The notes beneath the pieces are model-generated. The model did not search any database, was not told where the DNA came from, and was given only the letters and a program-made list of their open reading frames with translations. Positions 46,511 to 60,000 of a stretch of DNA of 64,000 bases are shown here, piece after piece. How positions within the stretch are numbered: position 1 is the first letter of the stretch; each line of letters begins with the position of its first letter. Origin of the DNA: Macrostomum lignano (Eukaryota); the NCBI GenBank assembly GCA_002269645.1, contig NIVC01000494.1, forward strand, positions 434,001 through 498,000, given 5' to 3'. The position numbers were made by a program, and so were the translations under genes.

Positions 46511-49047
46511 AGTGCATTGTAGCTTCTATACGCATTGTGTAGGCAAAGATGACGTCATTCCTCACTTTTGTGGTGATTATTCCACCCTGATTTCGCGCTA
46601 ATGCAAAGGTTATGGGTAAATAGATAACAAAAAGGGGAGAAGACGTGATTAAATTTGTACATGGGACGAATGTACATTGGAGAACAACTGTGAAATAATA
46701 GTCAAAAGTCTGGGTGAAAGTGTGTTCGATGACCAATTCACACTCCTTTAAGTTTTCCTCTTATTTTTTGTCATAATTCAATGAAACATGTTATATTACA
46801 CAGCTATTATACTCGTATTAATACTCGTAATGCTAAATTTTGCACGCCAATAAGCCCTGTTTGCTATTTGTTAATATGCACTTACTCTGAACTTTTCAGA
46901 AGTGTAAAAATATACAAAAATAGTATGTGTACTCGTTACGAGCAACAAATGTTCACTCCTGCAACAAGGTAAAGTTTTTTATCCCGAGAAACCACTGTGC
47001 ATGGTCAACTTTTCTCCTATCTCAGCCCCAAGTAACGCAATTCACACTACGCTCACGGTTCGTGATGCAATTTGCGTCAGAAGGACCTGGCTTAGGCTGG
47101 TGAGGAGAGAGGGGAGTGTTGTGGCCGCTAGAGTTTGGATTAAAGCTTCCACTGGGTGACCACTGATTTCGGGCTGGGAAGCTTTTTAACATATTGCTAA
47201 GTGTATTTTGAACCTATAAATATTCTAACTAGTTTATTAATTTCAAATTTATTTGAAGTGCGCCGGCCTTCTTGTCAGTTGGTCAGGTTTAATGTAATGC
47301 AAGATAATGCAGCAGCTGGGTCCTACAGCTAAGAGAAGACAGCTAGAGAGATAAGATTAGCTTAATTCCAGCGAACCGCCGCAACCATTTGGTTGAATTG
47401 GCTCAACAAACCACAGTGCTTTCGGAATCGGATTTCCGACTAGAAGAACACTTACATGCACCTGGCAGGCTACATGTAATGTATTTCAGCTGAAGTCATG
47501 ACTGATAAAACCCAAAACATCTTAAGATCTTATCAGATTCAAAGACACGTTAGGTTAAAAATTGGCGTAAAAATAAATTACACGTAACTGCATAATCCGC
47601 AAGAAGCTTATATTAAATCTTACTGTCAAATTGTCGATCGTTGGCCGAAATTTTTGCAATAGTGCAAGTTGCGCACCTGATTTAATTCAGTGTAGCGTAT
47701 TCACTATATTATAACTATTGTATTCCAGAAACTTCCGCGTAAACACGCACTTTCTATATTTGGTATTTTGAACTCCCGCGCACCCCTTTTTAGAAACTAC
47801 TTCTCGAACTTTCCGGATTCCGGAATGTTCTATCAACACGAATACTAATATACAGCACCCTAGCACCAATTATTCAAGTCTCTAACTCTCTCTTCTTTTC
47901 CACACGGAAAACAATCAAAGCAAAAATCAAAGCAGACAAACCACCGCTTTTTACGCCTCGATTATTTTCCGCAAAACTACATCAGTCTAAATATACTAAA
48001 TTTTTTTATTCTCGATATACTAACATGTATTTAAATGTACCGTTTGCGCTACTCGGTTTGCGCTACGAATATCCTATGAAAATATCATTTTATTTGACCT
48101 CTAATTAAAAAATCCTCTATTTGACTGCGCAAATCTACGATCATAAATATTGCTGCTACCACCGTTCCCGTAGTCTCACTTAAATTTAGTGTCTGCTTCA
48201 TATTATACTTCATTTCTACTGAGTGCTTTACGTCTGATAGCGAGCGAATAGTTATGGATTATTTATTGTTATATTGTTGCGTTCAGCACTAACATGTACA
48301 TGTACTATTGTCCAACAGATACTGTATGTACTTTATCATTCACTGTAAAAAAATATCGTTGCCTCAGTAAGTGTAGGTGTTACATATATATGTACATGTA
48401 TTTACATACGATCTAGATGACCGTTTTATCCACTCTGTCTAGATCAAAGCTTGGATGGCATAAAATCTATCTCTGGGCCACATTCGTTAATTTTTACCAC
48501 AGCCGTTCCCGGTAATTTCTATACATGTATGTCCTTACATGTACAATTGATGTAGGATAAAGTATAGTATAAAATAGCATTTAGCTAAAGCAAAACTTCT
48601 GTAGCAACGTGGAGCTACCATGTCATGTCTATTTTTAAACGCACTGTCTTTCCGTTTAATGTGCAGAAAATTTAGTTCTATCTATATTTTTCCAGCCTCT
48701 GTACTGGACAATGCTTTGAATGTGCTGCTCACACCATGCACGTACAATAATAAGCGTTGCTTTAAATGCGTACTTAGGTATTTAAATTTACGCGGGTACG
48801 TTGATGTGTACATCTGTGTATAATGAATAGTGAATACATTAAAAACAGGTAAAACACGGATTCTAAATTCGGTATAAAAATTCTATGTTCTACGATTAAC
48901 TTTTTGCTGTCTTTTTTGTCTTTTTTGTTGTCATTTACCAATCGCGTCTGTAAGTTTCTTATCTGAGGTATAATAAAATAAGAATAAAATATTTAAATTT
49001 ATTATCGAATGTTTTTTTTTCGAATCTCTGCAGCTCTATAATTTATC

Positions 49048-52000
49048 ATGCTCCGTGAATTACTCGGCGCAACAATAAAGTTGCTCGCTATGCTATTGCT
49101 TGGCTACTACATTGAAAGGTAAGAATATGTGAAGCAAATGAATACTTAATTACTATACATGTAGATGCTTTTAGCCAACAGGGCCAAAAGCAGCAAGAGG
49201 GAAGGCACAGGCGTGGCGACAAAGGCAGCGGACGAAACGAGTCCTGCGATAGCGAATATATTTTATGATTTGAGGCGATTAAAAGGGAAGTCACGAAGCA
49301 ACGGAATAAAAGCATTATAAGAAAATTAATAAATAAAACATTTACGAGCCAAAGCGCTCTCGCAGCGCGCACGAGAGAGCGTGAGCGCACAAATAAAAGG
49401 GGGCCGACGCCGCCCACCCCCAACCCAACACCCCCGCCTGCCGGCCGGCACCCAGCACCCCACCTTGCGGCAGGGATGCACACGCGCGGGCCGCACGCAC
49501 AGACGGGCGGAGGGGGCGGCCCCGTCGGCTAAACACGATTACAGAGTCGGTTAAAACCGGCCCCTGAAATCGCAACCATATTATCGTACAGCATTGAATT
49601 TTTGGTTTTCTTGCAGAGCTCATGCTGGAGACTACTTCTGCTTTCCACACGGCACTCGACTGATTGACATCAGCAGCAGTACCAGCATCGGATTTTCGGA
49701 CAATCGGGTCGTCCCGAAAACGGACCAAGCCATCCAAGAGCTCAATAAGAATCTGAGTTGTCATTGGATTTTTCATTTCAACCTCAACCGAGATGAGTTA
49801 ATCCTTGTTCTGAGTGGATTCAACGTAGGCAAAGCGGAGTTCTATCGCCAAAGACTGGGCCGATCCGCAGAGTTGACAGGCGTACAGCCTCCGAGAATGC
49901 GGTACCGTCTTGATGCACCAGCTGAAAGTAGTGAGTATTGGAGGGGAACAAATTAACTTAATTAGCTACGAGTACTACGGAATGCAGCACGAAGTGGACT
50001 AGAGTTGGAACCGCTGGAAGAGACGTTGCTAGATGGTACATGTATGTCTAATTGGCTTAGGCATACATATTGGCTTAGACTATGAGTCGTAGATCAACTA
50101 TTCAGACAAGTGCATACGAGCGTACGGCTCATAATAGACTGCAGAAACGATTTTGCCCAATGCCGTTATAGCTTAACAGTAGAACAATATACGGAACTCC
50201 CTGACATTTTCTTGCTGCACCGGAACGGAGCAATGCAGGCACACAAAAGAAATTCAATAACACGGACTAACCCGGTGCACCTTCTCAAACAAGAATCAAG
50301 TCGCCAGCCCCCCGGACTGTCGAGATATTCGACGGTTTTGCCAGAAGTTCGGATTTTTCCGAAATTTTTCCAATAAGTGCTGGTGTATTCAATGCATCCC
50401 TGTGCGTCAGTCAATACTGCGCCTCACTGCAGCCTTGCCAAGCCTCCTAATTTCATCAGCACATTGACTACAAGGGTCTGCATCGGCTCTGACTTTTACT
50501 CGAGGCAGATTTGTTTTCATTGTTCTTTCAATGTCCCTCCATAAACCATTTGTAAGACATCTAGAGAAGCAAAAATACGAATTGAGGCTTATTAGGAATA
50601 TCGATTTTTTCATAATTAAATCTTTGCAAACAAACCTACATGTCATAGATTTCATTTTTCTAGAAACAGAATGTCCCCACTGTGCACTAGTCGTCCGATT
50701 ATATGCCATCCAACTGACTTTTAGCATGATTATTAAAAAATCAAAATGCACGTTCATGTGTCCACTGGTCCTCATACTCGTATTGCAGAATGTTCTTTGA
50801 ACGAAAGTCGAGGTTGGAAGACGGTTGATGAGACAACTCTGGAAATTGTGCAAATTTCAAGCAGGTAAATTTTTTTATTTTGACTGTTAACAATATATTT
50901 CTGAAATCGGGAAGAAATCCGAAAGATAAAAACTGTCAATATTTTTGTTAAAACGGTTTGGTAAAAGGTTATAAAAGTAAATCAAATCAGATAAAATTAG
51001 AATTCGGTACAATACATGCCTCCTGGCTCACAGATTGCTCAGCGCAAGTGGGTTTAAATCATTACATAATGCCTTGATAGGGCAATCGAAGTAGTCGAAG
51101 AACATCAAGACCGAACATTTTGGAAATCATGTATTTAGTACAGGGGTTTGGCAAACGTTTTACCTCAAGGGCTAGATATGAAATGGGGCTCAGAGAGGAG
51201 AGAAGTGAGAGAGATGAGAAAAAGATGAGAGGGAGATTAGAAATAATGGAGTTGATAAGAGACACAAACCTTAGGCGAGCCGGATTGCTATTGTGAAGTT
51301 TCAAATGACCCGAGGGCCGGATAGAGAGGCTTTACGGGCCGGACTTTGCCGAACTCCTTATTTCGTATAAACATGCACCGCATTTAACTAATGGTGTGAA
51401 TTTTGGTTCTCAATCAATCTGAGAAATCTGTTAAGCTTATAAACACATGCAGATATGATGTCTTCATAGCAATAATATTTGTAGATCAGTGTGCTAAAAC
51501 TATTAGAACTAGAACGTAGGGATCGTCTCCTAGTATAGGCTAAGGTCGCATTCTCAGCCCAGATACACATCGAAATTTCAGAAGCAAACTGTCCATTGAG
51601 TTCGATCAAGCGACAGGCAGTCAACATGATTTACAAGGGCTCAGAATCCAGCTAATGGAACCACAGACCTGCGGCAGAGATGTGGTATACTTCGATGGCA
51701 ACTGTTACATGATTGCACCGGTTCGCAGGTCTCTGATTGACCAACTGGCTGTTATCAATCGAGAAAGCAGAGTCGCGCAGCTTGCCAGTTTCAATAGCTC
51801 CATCACTATGCGGCAATTCTTGGCTCAAAGTGAGATTTTTTAGTGTGTTTTTATTGAAAATCTTTTAAGAATGGCTATAGACAGTGGGTATAGATAAGGA
51901 GAATTTGTTCGGACTTGATAGATTCTCGATTCACTGTGAATAAAATGAGTCAATTTCTCAATGTGAAAAGTGTGTCCATAGTTATACAGTTATACCTGTA

Positions 52001-53390
52001 CATGTTGCAGTGCTGGGCCTCGGAGACAGACTTGCCATACACTACTTAGAAGGAAAAAAGCAAACTTGGATACCCCTAAATGGCCTCGTCTTTTTTACAA
52101 AGGCCTCTTTTATTGAATAGCTCAGTAATTCCAAGCTTCTTCTTCTACAGACTTAAAGGCTCTTATTTCTAGGAAAACGACGATTAAATAGAGAATTTCA
52201 AACAAATAATTCTGTAACTTGATTTCTACACACGATTTTTAATAAACTAAGTAGAAGTTTAACGGGATTGACTTTATTGTCTATGGCCGAGTACAGTTCT
52301 ATGGCACAGTGGCTGCTGCTGCAGCGAATCAAGATTCTCGACTTGATCATTGATTTATAAAAATATTCAGCTCTTTTTTCAACAATGAATTGAGTTTTAC
52401 TCAAGTTTAAGCATCTTTTCTTTAAGCAGAGTTTGAAACGATCTTTTTAAGCAAATAATCACTTTACGAGACTCAGATTGGTAGTCAATAACATTTCTTG
52501 TTTATCGAAATTTTCAGGCCAACGCGACCGCATCGGATCCGGCTTCGACGTGCACAGCAAAGTCCCGATGAACCTTAAGCAACCAGCTCGAATCGGGTTG
52601 TTTTACGATGGCGGAAACAAATCCATATATTATCTGGGACGAAGTTCGAGCGATCTGTGCGAGATGAATCTGCTCACTGACGCCCACAAGCTGTAAGCCA
52701 ACGGAACGAATCGTTGTACAGGTGTTGCAAAGATATCGGCTTACCTGATCCAAAATTTATTCTTTAATCTTTTGTAGATTTTACACGGTGGAATCAGCAG
52801 ACAATCGAGTATTCTGTGGATCCCTGAGAACTGCTGCAGCGGTAGGATTAATCGAATTCAGAAATTGCAGCGAGTCGCTTCCTGCGCTAATCAGTTTTCC
52901 AGACGATGGCGGCAAGACCAGCTGTTTCAACTGCAGCTCTACCTTGTTGAACTCTATTCGAGCTCTAGATCTGAGTCCGACCGATGTCCCTGACCAGAAT
53001 AAAAGCCTGAAACCAAATGGTGCGGTGGATAAAAATATGTTGATAGCAATTGCTATTGCAATACTGGCTTTTCTATTCGTGGCTGTTTCAGTGATAGTTT
53101 TATGCAAGCTTTGGGCAAAAAGAAGAACTGAAGAGCCGCGATATGGAGACAATTCGCCAGATCAAGGTTTGCCGTTGAATGTTCAGCCCGACAGCATGAG
53201 AACAGCTGACGGGGATGACTGTTATGCTCGAGGAGAATCTGAAATATACGATGTGATACAATATCTGTCAGCTGACAAAATTGCACAAAGTACCTATAGA
53301 GCTGAGCATGAACTGACCGGAAATGACAGCGCTAACAGAACTACGAGCTTTACCGACGGTTATTGCACGTACGAGAATGATTCGGCTTAA
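49048..53390 (+). CDS. Gene B5: CUB-like + CTLD-like type I membrane protein, about 498 aa, Tyr-rich tail
   Basis: Exons 49048-49118, 49617-49930, 50789-50864, 51582-51829, 52518-52692, 52778-53390 (1497 nt, open, same phases as B2). AGDYFC..SCHWIF..LVLSGF; GLRIQLMEP..YFDGNCY..AQLASFNSS; QPARIGL; FCGSL..IEFRNCSESLPALISF; TM MLIAIAIAILAFLFVAVSVIVLC. Confidence 0.85.
51141..51359. mobile_element. Degenerate hAT/Charlie-like MITE in B5 intron 3
   Basis: Imperfect TIRs caggggtttggcaaac and ctttgccgaactcct. The internal ggccggatagagaggct motif recurs near 60395. Confidence 0.45.
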
Positions 53391-54229
53391 CTGGATGACG
53401 AAATTCACAAGCAAAAATTGTACCGTAATGAAGATACGAGTATTGCATGTCGAGACGCACAACTTAATGATATTTGCGATTGAAATATGTTGCTAAATGT
53501 TGTCAAATGTTGCCAGATTCATTTTTTAACTAATGTGACGGGTTTGTTTTTTACCGAATTGCTAAATAAGATGGTTCGCCTAAAAATGTTGGTACTAATA
53601 CCTTAAATAGTAATTGCATAATTTTTATCCGTTTCGACTCTTTAATTCTTATTCCAATACGTCAAGAAAATTAGGTTTTGTTATGCTGTATGACTTTTCA
53701 AACTCCTTTATTTTTTTATTACCATTGAACCTGGCCTGCGGTACCGGCCGGGCTTCGTCGTCAGCTTCGCACTGTGTGTCTCTGCAAAATAGCTACTATA
53801 GGGTAGTTAAATTATCGTCAAATAAATCGTCATCGCTTAACAATAACTTACGAGCAGCCCCTTCGTCGAGACGTGTTGCCTTCGTGATTAATGACTGATC
53901 TGAATTGAAATCCAACTAAAATTATCTTACAGTTGGGTCCGTGGAAAGGGTGTAAATTTCCGCGGAACAGCCGCGGAATTCCGTGGAAAACTGTGTGAAA
54001 TGCGCTCCTATTGGCTAAGCCAATGGGGATGGGATGGCCCAGGAATCCATATTCCTCCTTGACTATGCTACTTTATAGTAGCACCTTATGAACGAGATTT
54101 AAAGCCATACTTGATAGTTATCATATATATAGCCTTGAGTGCTTTGATTAATATGGATTAATATTTACTGATGTCTGGCCATCACGTCACCGAAAATCAA
54201 AAGGCTGAAATATTGAGAAGGAGAAACTA

Positions 54230-54643
54230 GGAGATAGGCGGCATGGAGAAGGAGAGATAAGGAGAGAAAAGAGAGGCGGCATGAAGGAGAGAGGAGAAAG
54301 AAGAAGAGAAGGACAGAGGTGGCTGGGATGAGAGGCGGCAGAGAGAATTGGAGAGGAAAGGAGAGAGAAGGAGAGGGAAGGAGAGGAATAAAGGAGAGAG
54401 AAGGATAGGGAAGGAGAGAGAAGGATAAGGAAGGAGAGAGAAGGAGAGGGAAGGAGAGACAAGAAGAGAAGGAGAGAGGCGGCGGAGAGAAGGAAAGAAG
54501 TGGCAGAGAGAGGAGAGAAGAGAGAGGCCGTTTGGGCAGTCCGTTGCCCTCCCACAATAATAAAATGCATATTTTTGCAAAGGATTCAAACTACAATTTC
54601 GAGTATCTCTTCCTGAAGCCGCCATCAGCAATAATGAGAAGGC

Positions 54644-54735
<92 letters not shown>
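54230..54735. repeat. GA-rich low-complexity tract (54230-54530) and (GA)n (54648-54735)
   Basis: Purine-only stretches. Confidence 0.9.
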
Positions 54736-54739
<4 letters not shown>

Positions 54740-55382
54740 GGATTTGAATTTTCTTGCAACTCTGAGAAAGCATTTACCCCCATTGTCGGGAGGTAGGGAG
54801 GCATGGAACCTGTGAGAAATGGATTCCTCGAAGATTTTTCCGAGCACAATAGAAATTATTTGCACATAGCATACATAGCAGGGAACAATTCAGTCCCTTA
54901 TTCTGTTCCGTTTACTGAGGGGCAAGGGTGCAAACTCTTTGAAAGCATTAACAATAATGCTTTCAACCCCAAATCTATACTCTTGGGGTCCCCAACCGAC
55001 TGTCTACGGGATGACGCAATTTGCCCTCAAACCTTACCTTACTTTAGCTTCTCTTGGCCAGCCATTAACTGAGACATCGTTTCCACCAATTGCTAATGCA
55101 ATGTTTTTCTGGGAGTCAATGGCGAACTGAATGTGACGGACGACCGTATTATTATGAATAGATCAGCAACATTTATATTAGCTGATCTCAGAAATCTAGG
55201 GATATCAGCAATTCCTGTAAAATAGAATATACAGTTGAGTAAGCGGTAAGGTGACGGTAAACACAAAAGTTATGCGCCTTGCACAGTCAGCTATTTATTC
55301 TAAAATGGGGCTAAGCTGTTTTTAGTCCTATTGGTGACCCGACTTCACTGCACTCTATATTTATGACCCAGCTGCTTTTTAG

Positions 55383-56317
55383 AACGAATCCGTCTGAGTT
55401 GGTCACATCGGCCTTCGAACCTTTCAAAGCATCAAACGCATCACGAAAATGAACCGCTATTAAACGAAGACGGATCAGAGCACAGGGGCACCATGCCAGT
55501 CACTGATTTAAATGATCATGACCCCTCAGCTGACATGGAGGTTGCCATTGTTGACACAGAAGTTCATGCGAAAAGCATGTCCATTCAATCGCAGCATAGT
55601 AAAAATTCCCTCGAAACGACAGTAAAGAGTGAAGCAAACGTTTCGGAAAATTTAAGTGCTAAAGAGCCAATCAGAAAAGAAGACAACACCGAAAATGACA
55701 GAGGAACGCAAACAGTCAATGTAGGAAAATATATCCAAGAGAACAATGCACTAAAAAGAGAAACTGAAAAGAACAAGGAACCTAGCAACAATTTTAAAAC
55801 TATTGAAATTGATGAGAGTCTTGTGCCAGTTCAAAACAATCAAAGCAAATGCACCCTCGTGAGCCGCGAGTCACAGACAGAGACAAGAGGCCTAGCCATG
55901 GCTTCATCAAGTTTCAAATGTGGCCTACCATCATATAGCGAAAATAGCCATATTAGCTCTTCGGGTTTTAACAACCATCTGTCCGGAAGAACCAACAACT
56001 CTTCGGGTTGCAGCAGTGGTTTATACGGAAGAACCAACAACTCTTCGGGTTACAGCAGTGGTTTATACGGAAGAACCAACAACTCTTCGGGTTGCAGCAG
56101 TGGTTTATACGGAAGAACCAACAACTCTTCGGGTTGCAGCAGTGGTTTATACGGAGGAGGCAACCACTCTTCGGGTTACAGCAGTGGTTTATACGGAGGA
56201 GGCAACCACTCTTCGGGTTACAGCAGTGGTTTATACGGAGGAGGCAACCACTCTCAGGGTTTCAGGGATTTACCCTTTCAATGCGCGCCTCAAAACTGTC
56301 AAGAAACTTCTTTTTGA
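55383..56317 (+). other. Unassigned long open exon/ORF (disordered, with a 42-bp coding-type repeat)
   Basis: Open from acceptor tttttag (55382) to TGA at 56317. E/K/N/S-rich, RGTQT and RESQT motifs, about 6 copies of SSG(C/Y)SSGLYG(RTNN/GGNH). No upstream partner exons established. Confidence 0.4.
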
Positions 56318-57041
56318 GAATTCGGCATATACTACTGCTGCTGAAGATCATAAATGCATAAAAACTCTTGACCCAAATATATATATATTAATCGCGTCCT
56401 TATAGTTTATGACGTTTTTTGTTACAGTCTCTTAACAAAAAACTTTGTTTCTAAGCTATGATTAAAGAGCGGCGTATTATTATATCCAATCTATCAAATA
56501 TTCGCTCGATCCATTACGCTTACAATGGTAACTTTTCGTCATTTTTATTTACCATTTCCGTACGTGTTGTCTTACATGTAGAACGACAGATGAAACTTGT
56601 AAGACATTTGAACTAGATAGATTTATACTCTCATCTGTTGTAAGTAAAACTGAATAAAATGTGATACATGGCTAGATACGGGTAGAAGTGCAAACAAGGT
56701 AACAAGTATTCAAATAAGGATATGCATGCATGTAGTTTGGTTTGCATTATTCTTATCAAGGCAGTGTCAAATTTTAACTGCAAGGTGACAAAACACGCGT
56801 AAAACACTCAATATTCCTGTGCCAAAACTTTATGCAAGTTTGCAGTCGCCAGCAGCAATACAACTTTGTCTAGAACAGATGTTATCACCACTTACAGCAG
56901 TGCAATGCATTGTACACTGTATTGCAGATTTAGAACTAATAAATTCAGATAAATTTTTGTTTTGAAATAAATTTTCTTCCAAGCTATATTTTGAGTTTTA
57001 GTCACCTGATTTTTCACTTAGAAAATTCCTGAGACAGTCAA

Positions 57042-60000
57042 ATGAGGTTGATTGTATGGCATCTGATTCTTACCCTGCTGTTTGGTTCGAGGGTCAGTGG
57101 AAACTGCTCCGATAAGTTAAGGACAGGTAAGCAAGGGTGAAATCGTTTTTAAACGTTGTGCTGGCTTTAGAATAAGATACTGTTGATTTCCACATTTCAG
57201 TGACAGTGCAGCTGAGCAGGGCTGACGTTCTGCGCACCTGGCAACCCAGCGGTGCGCACTGCCGTTGGTGGGAGAGTCGGCAGTCAGAGACAAACCGATT
57301 CCCTGCTGCTGTGCGGTCCGGGCCTCGGTGGCTTGTGATGCAGCTGAGGCAGCCGATGATGCTGGAGGCGGTGAGCGTGCGAGACTGGGGTGAGTGACGC
57401 TGACCGACTCATTCTCATGATGCATGATGAGGCAGAGGGAGTCTGGGACACACAGTGTGAGACAGTGTGAGACCAGCTAGCATCTAATTAGCACTCTGAG
57501 ACAGTGTGAGACCAGCTAGCATCTAATTGGCACTCTGAGACAGTGTGAGACCAGCTAGCATCTAATTGGCACTCTGAGACAGTGTGAGACCAGCTAGCAT
57601 CTAATTAGCACTCTGAGACAGTGTGAGACCAGCTAGCATCTAATTAGCACTCTGAGACAGTGTGAGACCAGCTAGCATCTAATTAGCACTCTGAGACAGT
57701 GTGAGACCAGCTAGCATCTAATTAGCACTCTGAGACAGTGTGAGACCAGCTAGCATCTAATTAGCACTCTGAGACAGTGTGAGACCAGCTAGCATCTAAT
57801 TAGCACTCTGAGACAGTGTGAGACCAGCTAGCATCTAATTAGCACTCTGAGACAGTATGAGACCAGCTAGCATCTAATTAGCACTCTGAGACAGTGTGAG
57901 ACCAGCTAGTAGCCAAGCACTCGTGTTGCAGATGGCCAGTGGCACGCAGCAGCTCCGGTCGGCTCGCCCGTGTCAGCGGTCGGAGCCTCGAGCCTCCCGC
58001 TGGAGCTGCAGCTGGAGGATCCGTGCCGTGCCAGCTGGGAGGCCTTTGGCAGCAGCGACCACTGGAAACCGTTCGGAGGCGATGCCGATGCCCCACTACA
58101 GGCTCCCGTCTCTTTCATCCGACTGAGCAGTGAAATTTCATTAAGTTGGCAGGCATTGAACATATCAGGTGAACATGTGAATATGTGCTCCTCTATCACA
58201 AAGAAGCTATAGATTAAGTTATCGTTTTTGTAGCTGTCTCAAATGTAACTCTGATTTAGGTCACCCATCGCCAATGGCACTGAACATGTCTCTGCACAGT
58301 GGCTACATGTACCGCAGCTACGGTTTAACCGTCAAGCAGCATTTTCATTTGAACATTGAATACTTTGTGAACTACTGCGGCACCGAGAAGATTGCGTGCT
58401 GGCTGCGAAAAGATGAGCAGACTAAATTGAGAGCAAATCATGTGAGTTCTATTTTTAATAGACGCTGGACAGAGGCTCACGGATAAAACAAGGAAAATAT
58501 CATTCATAATCGTATCATTTCTAGCTGAGCTCGGTTCGGAACTCAAACGGCATGACGACGCACAAGTTTGAGCTGAAATTTCGCAAAGGCGATCACGGCA
58601 AACTGCTTCAATGCGGCTTGCAAGCGCAGCAGGAAATTGTTCTTCTGGAGGAGCCGCTGTACTGGGAAGGTGAGTCTTGAAGCCAACTTGGAAGTAGAGT
58701 TGTTGGCCTGTGAGCACTGTCTGTTGGGTATTCTATTCTTGCTCCGCAGTTCCTACACAGACACTGAGCATAATCGAATCGACAGCTTTGGTTCTGGGAT
58801 ACCCGGCTGAAATCTGGGTCTCATCGAAATCGTTTCCGGAGGCCCAGCATCACTGCTTCATCAGCACTTCGCAGAATCAACGGGTGTCTCTAAAGCTCGA
58901 AAAGACGGTGAATTTTCAGACTGTTATCTGTTGTCAAAATCACTTTTAGTATTATCTCCTGCGGTTGAGCAGTCCCACCTGGTTAGAAACAGGTATTATC
59001 TCCTTCGGTTGGGGTAGTCCCACCTGGTTAGAAACAGGTTTCATCTCCTGCGGTAGGGGTAGTCCCACCTGGTTAGACACAGGTATCATCTCCTGCGGTA
59101 GGGGTAGTCCCACTTGGTTAGACACAGGTATCATCTCCTGCGGTAGGGGTAGTCCCACTTGGTTAGACACAGGTATCATCTCCTGCGGTAGGGGTAGTCC
59201 CACCTGGTTGGACACAGGTATCATCTCCTGCGGTAGGGGTAGTCCCACCTGGTTGGACACAGGTATCATGGCGGGCACTTGCAGTAGGGATGTCCCAGAT
59301 GGTTAAGACAGACATAGTCTTAAGCTAAGTTAAGAAAAGGACTCTCAATCAAGGTAAGGATAAGAATTGTCAGCTCAACATTTTTTTCAATCCTCCAGAG
59401 ACTGTCGAAGGCTGTGGACGAAAAAAACCGAACGGTCTTCCGGGTTCAATCAAAGTTTGCCTTTAATGTTACCCAGTCCGTACTCAAACGAGACATTTTT
59501 TGCGAGTGCTCAGCAGTGTCCGGAGTGAGAAGTCTTGCGCCAGCACGGAATAAGATATCAGAAATTAGTAGTGAGTCAGATCAATTCATTATGAGTGTTC
59601 ATGCGGAAAATCAAATAAACCGATTCAACCGATTTCCAGAGCCCTGTCAGACTACCGTGGACCTTGGTTCGAAACGATACTGGCTGTCTGGCGAAACCAG
59701 GTTAATTACAGTGACCTCCACCCTCTGCAGCATTTGGAATGTTACTCACAGCTGTTACCTGGTGACAACGGACAAAATTTCTTCAAATGTTGCACTTCAA
59801 AAAGTTCAGGTACGGTCCCCTATGTATAGTAGTATAGCGACCTCTGAATCACATGTCAATTACCTCGAGAACATCGAGTTCAGTGCATTCAATTAAATAA
59901 TACTAATCCCCACAGCAAGACAAATTCAGTAGCGCACACGAGCTCCGTGTGACCGAATCAATGACGTCTCGGAACCGGTGGAAGATTCGATGCCAAGTCA

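Noticed and set aside
49230-49244. ggacgaaacgagtcc, resembling the 3' half of a hammerhead core
   Set aside because: No upstream CTGANGA.
54803-55220. ORF fragments as an ANF/guanylate-cyclase-type receptor piece (FLGVNGELNV)
   Set aside because: Several stops and only a few matching residues. Not supportable without a profile search.
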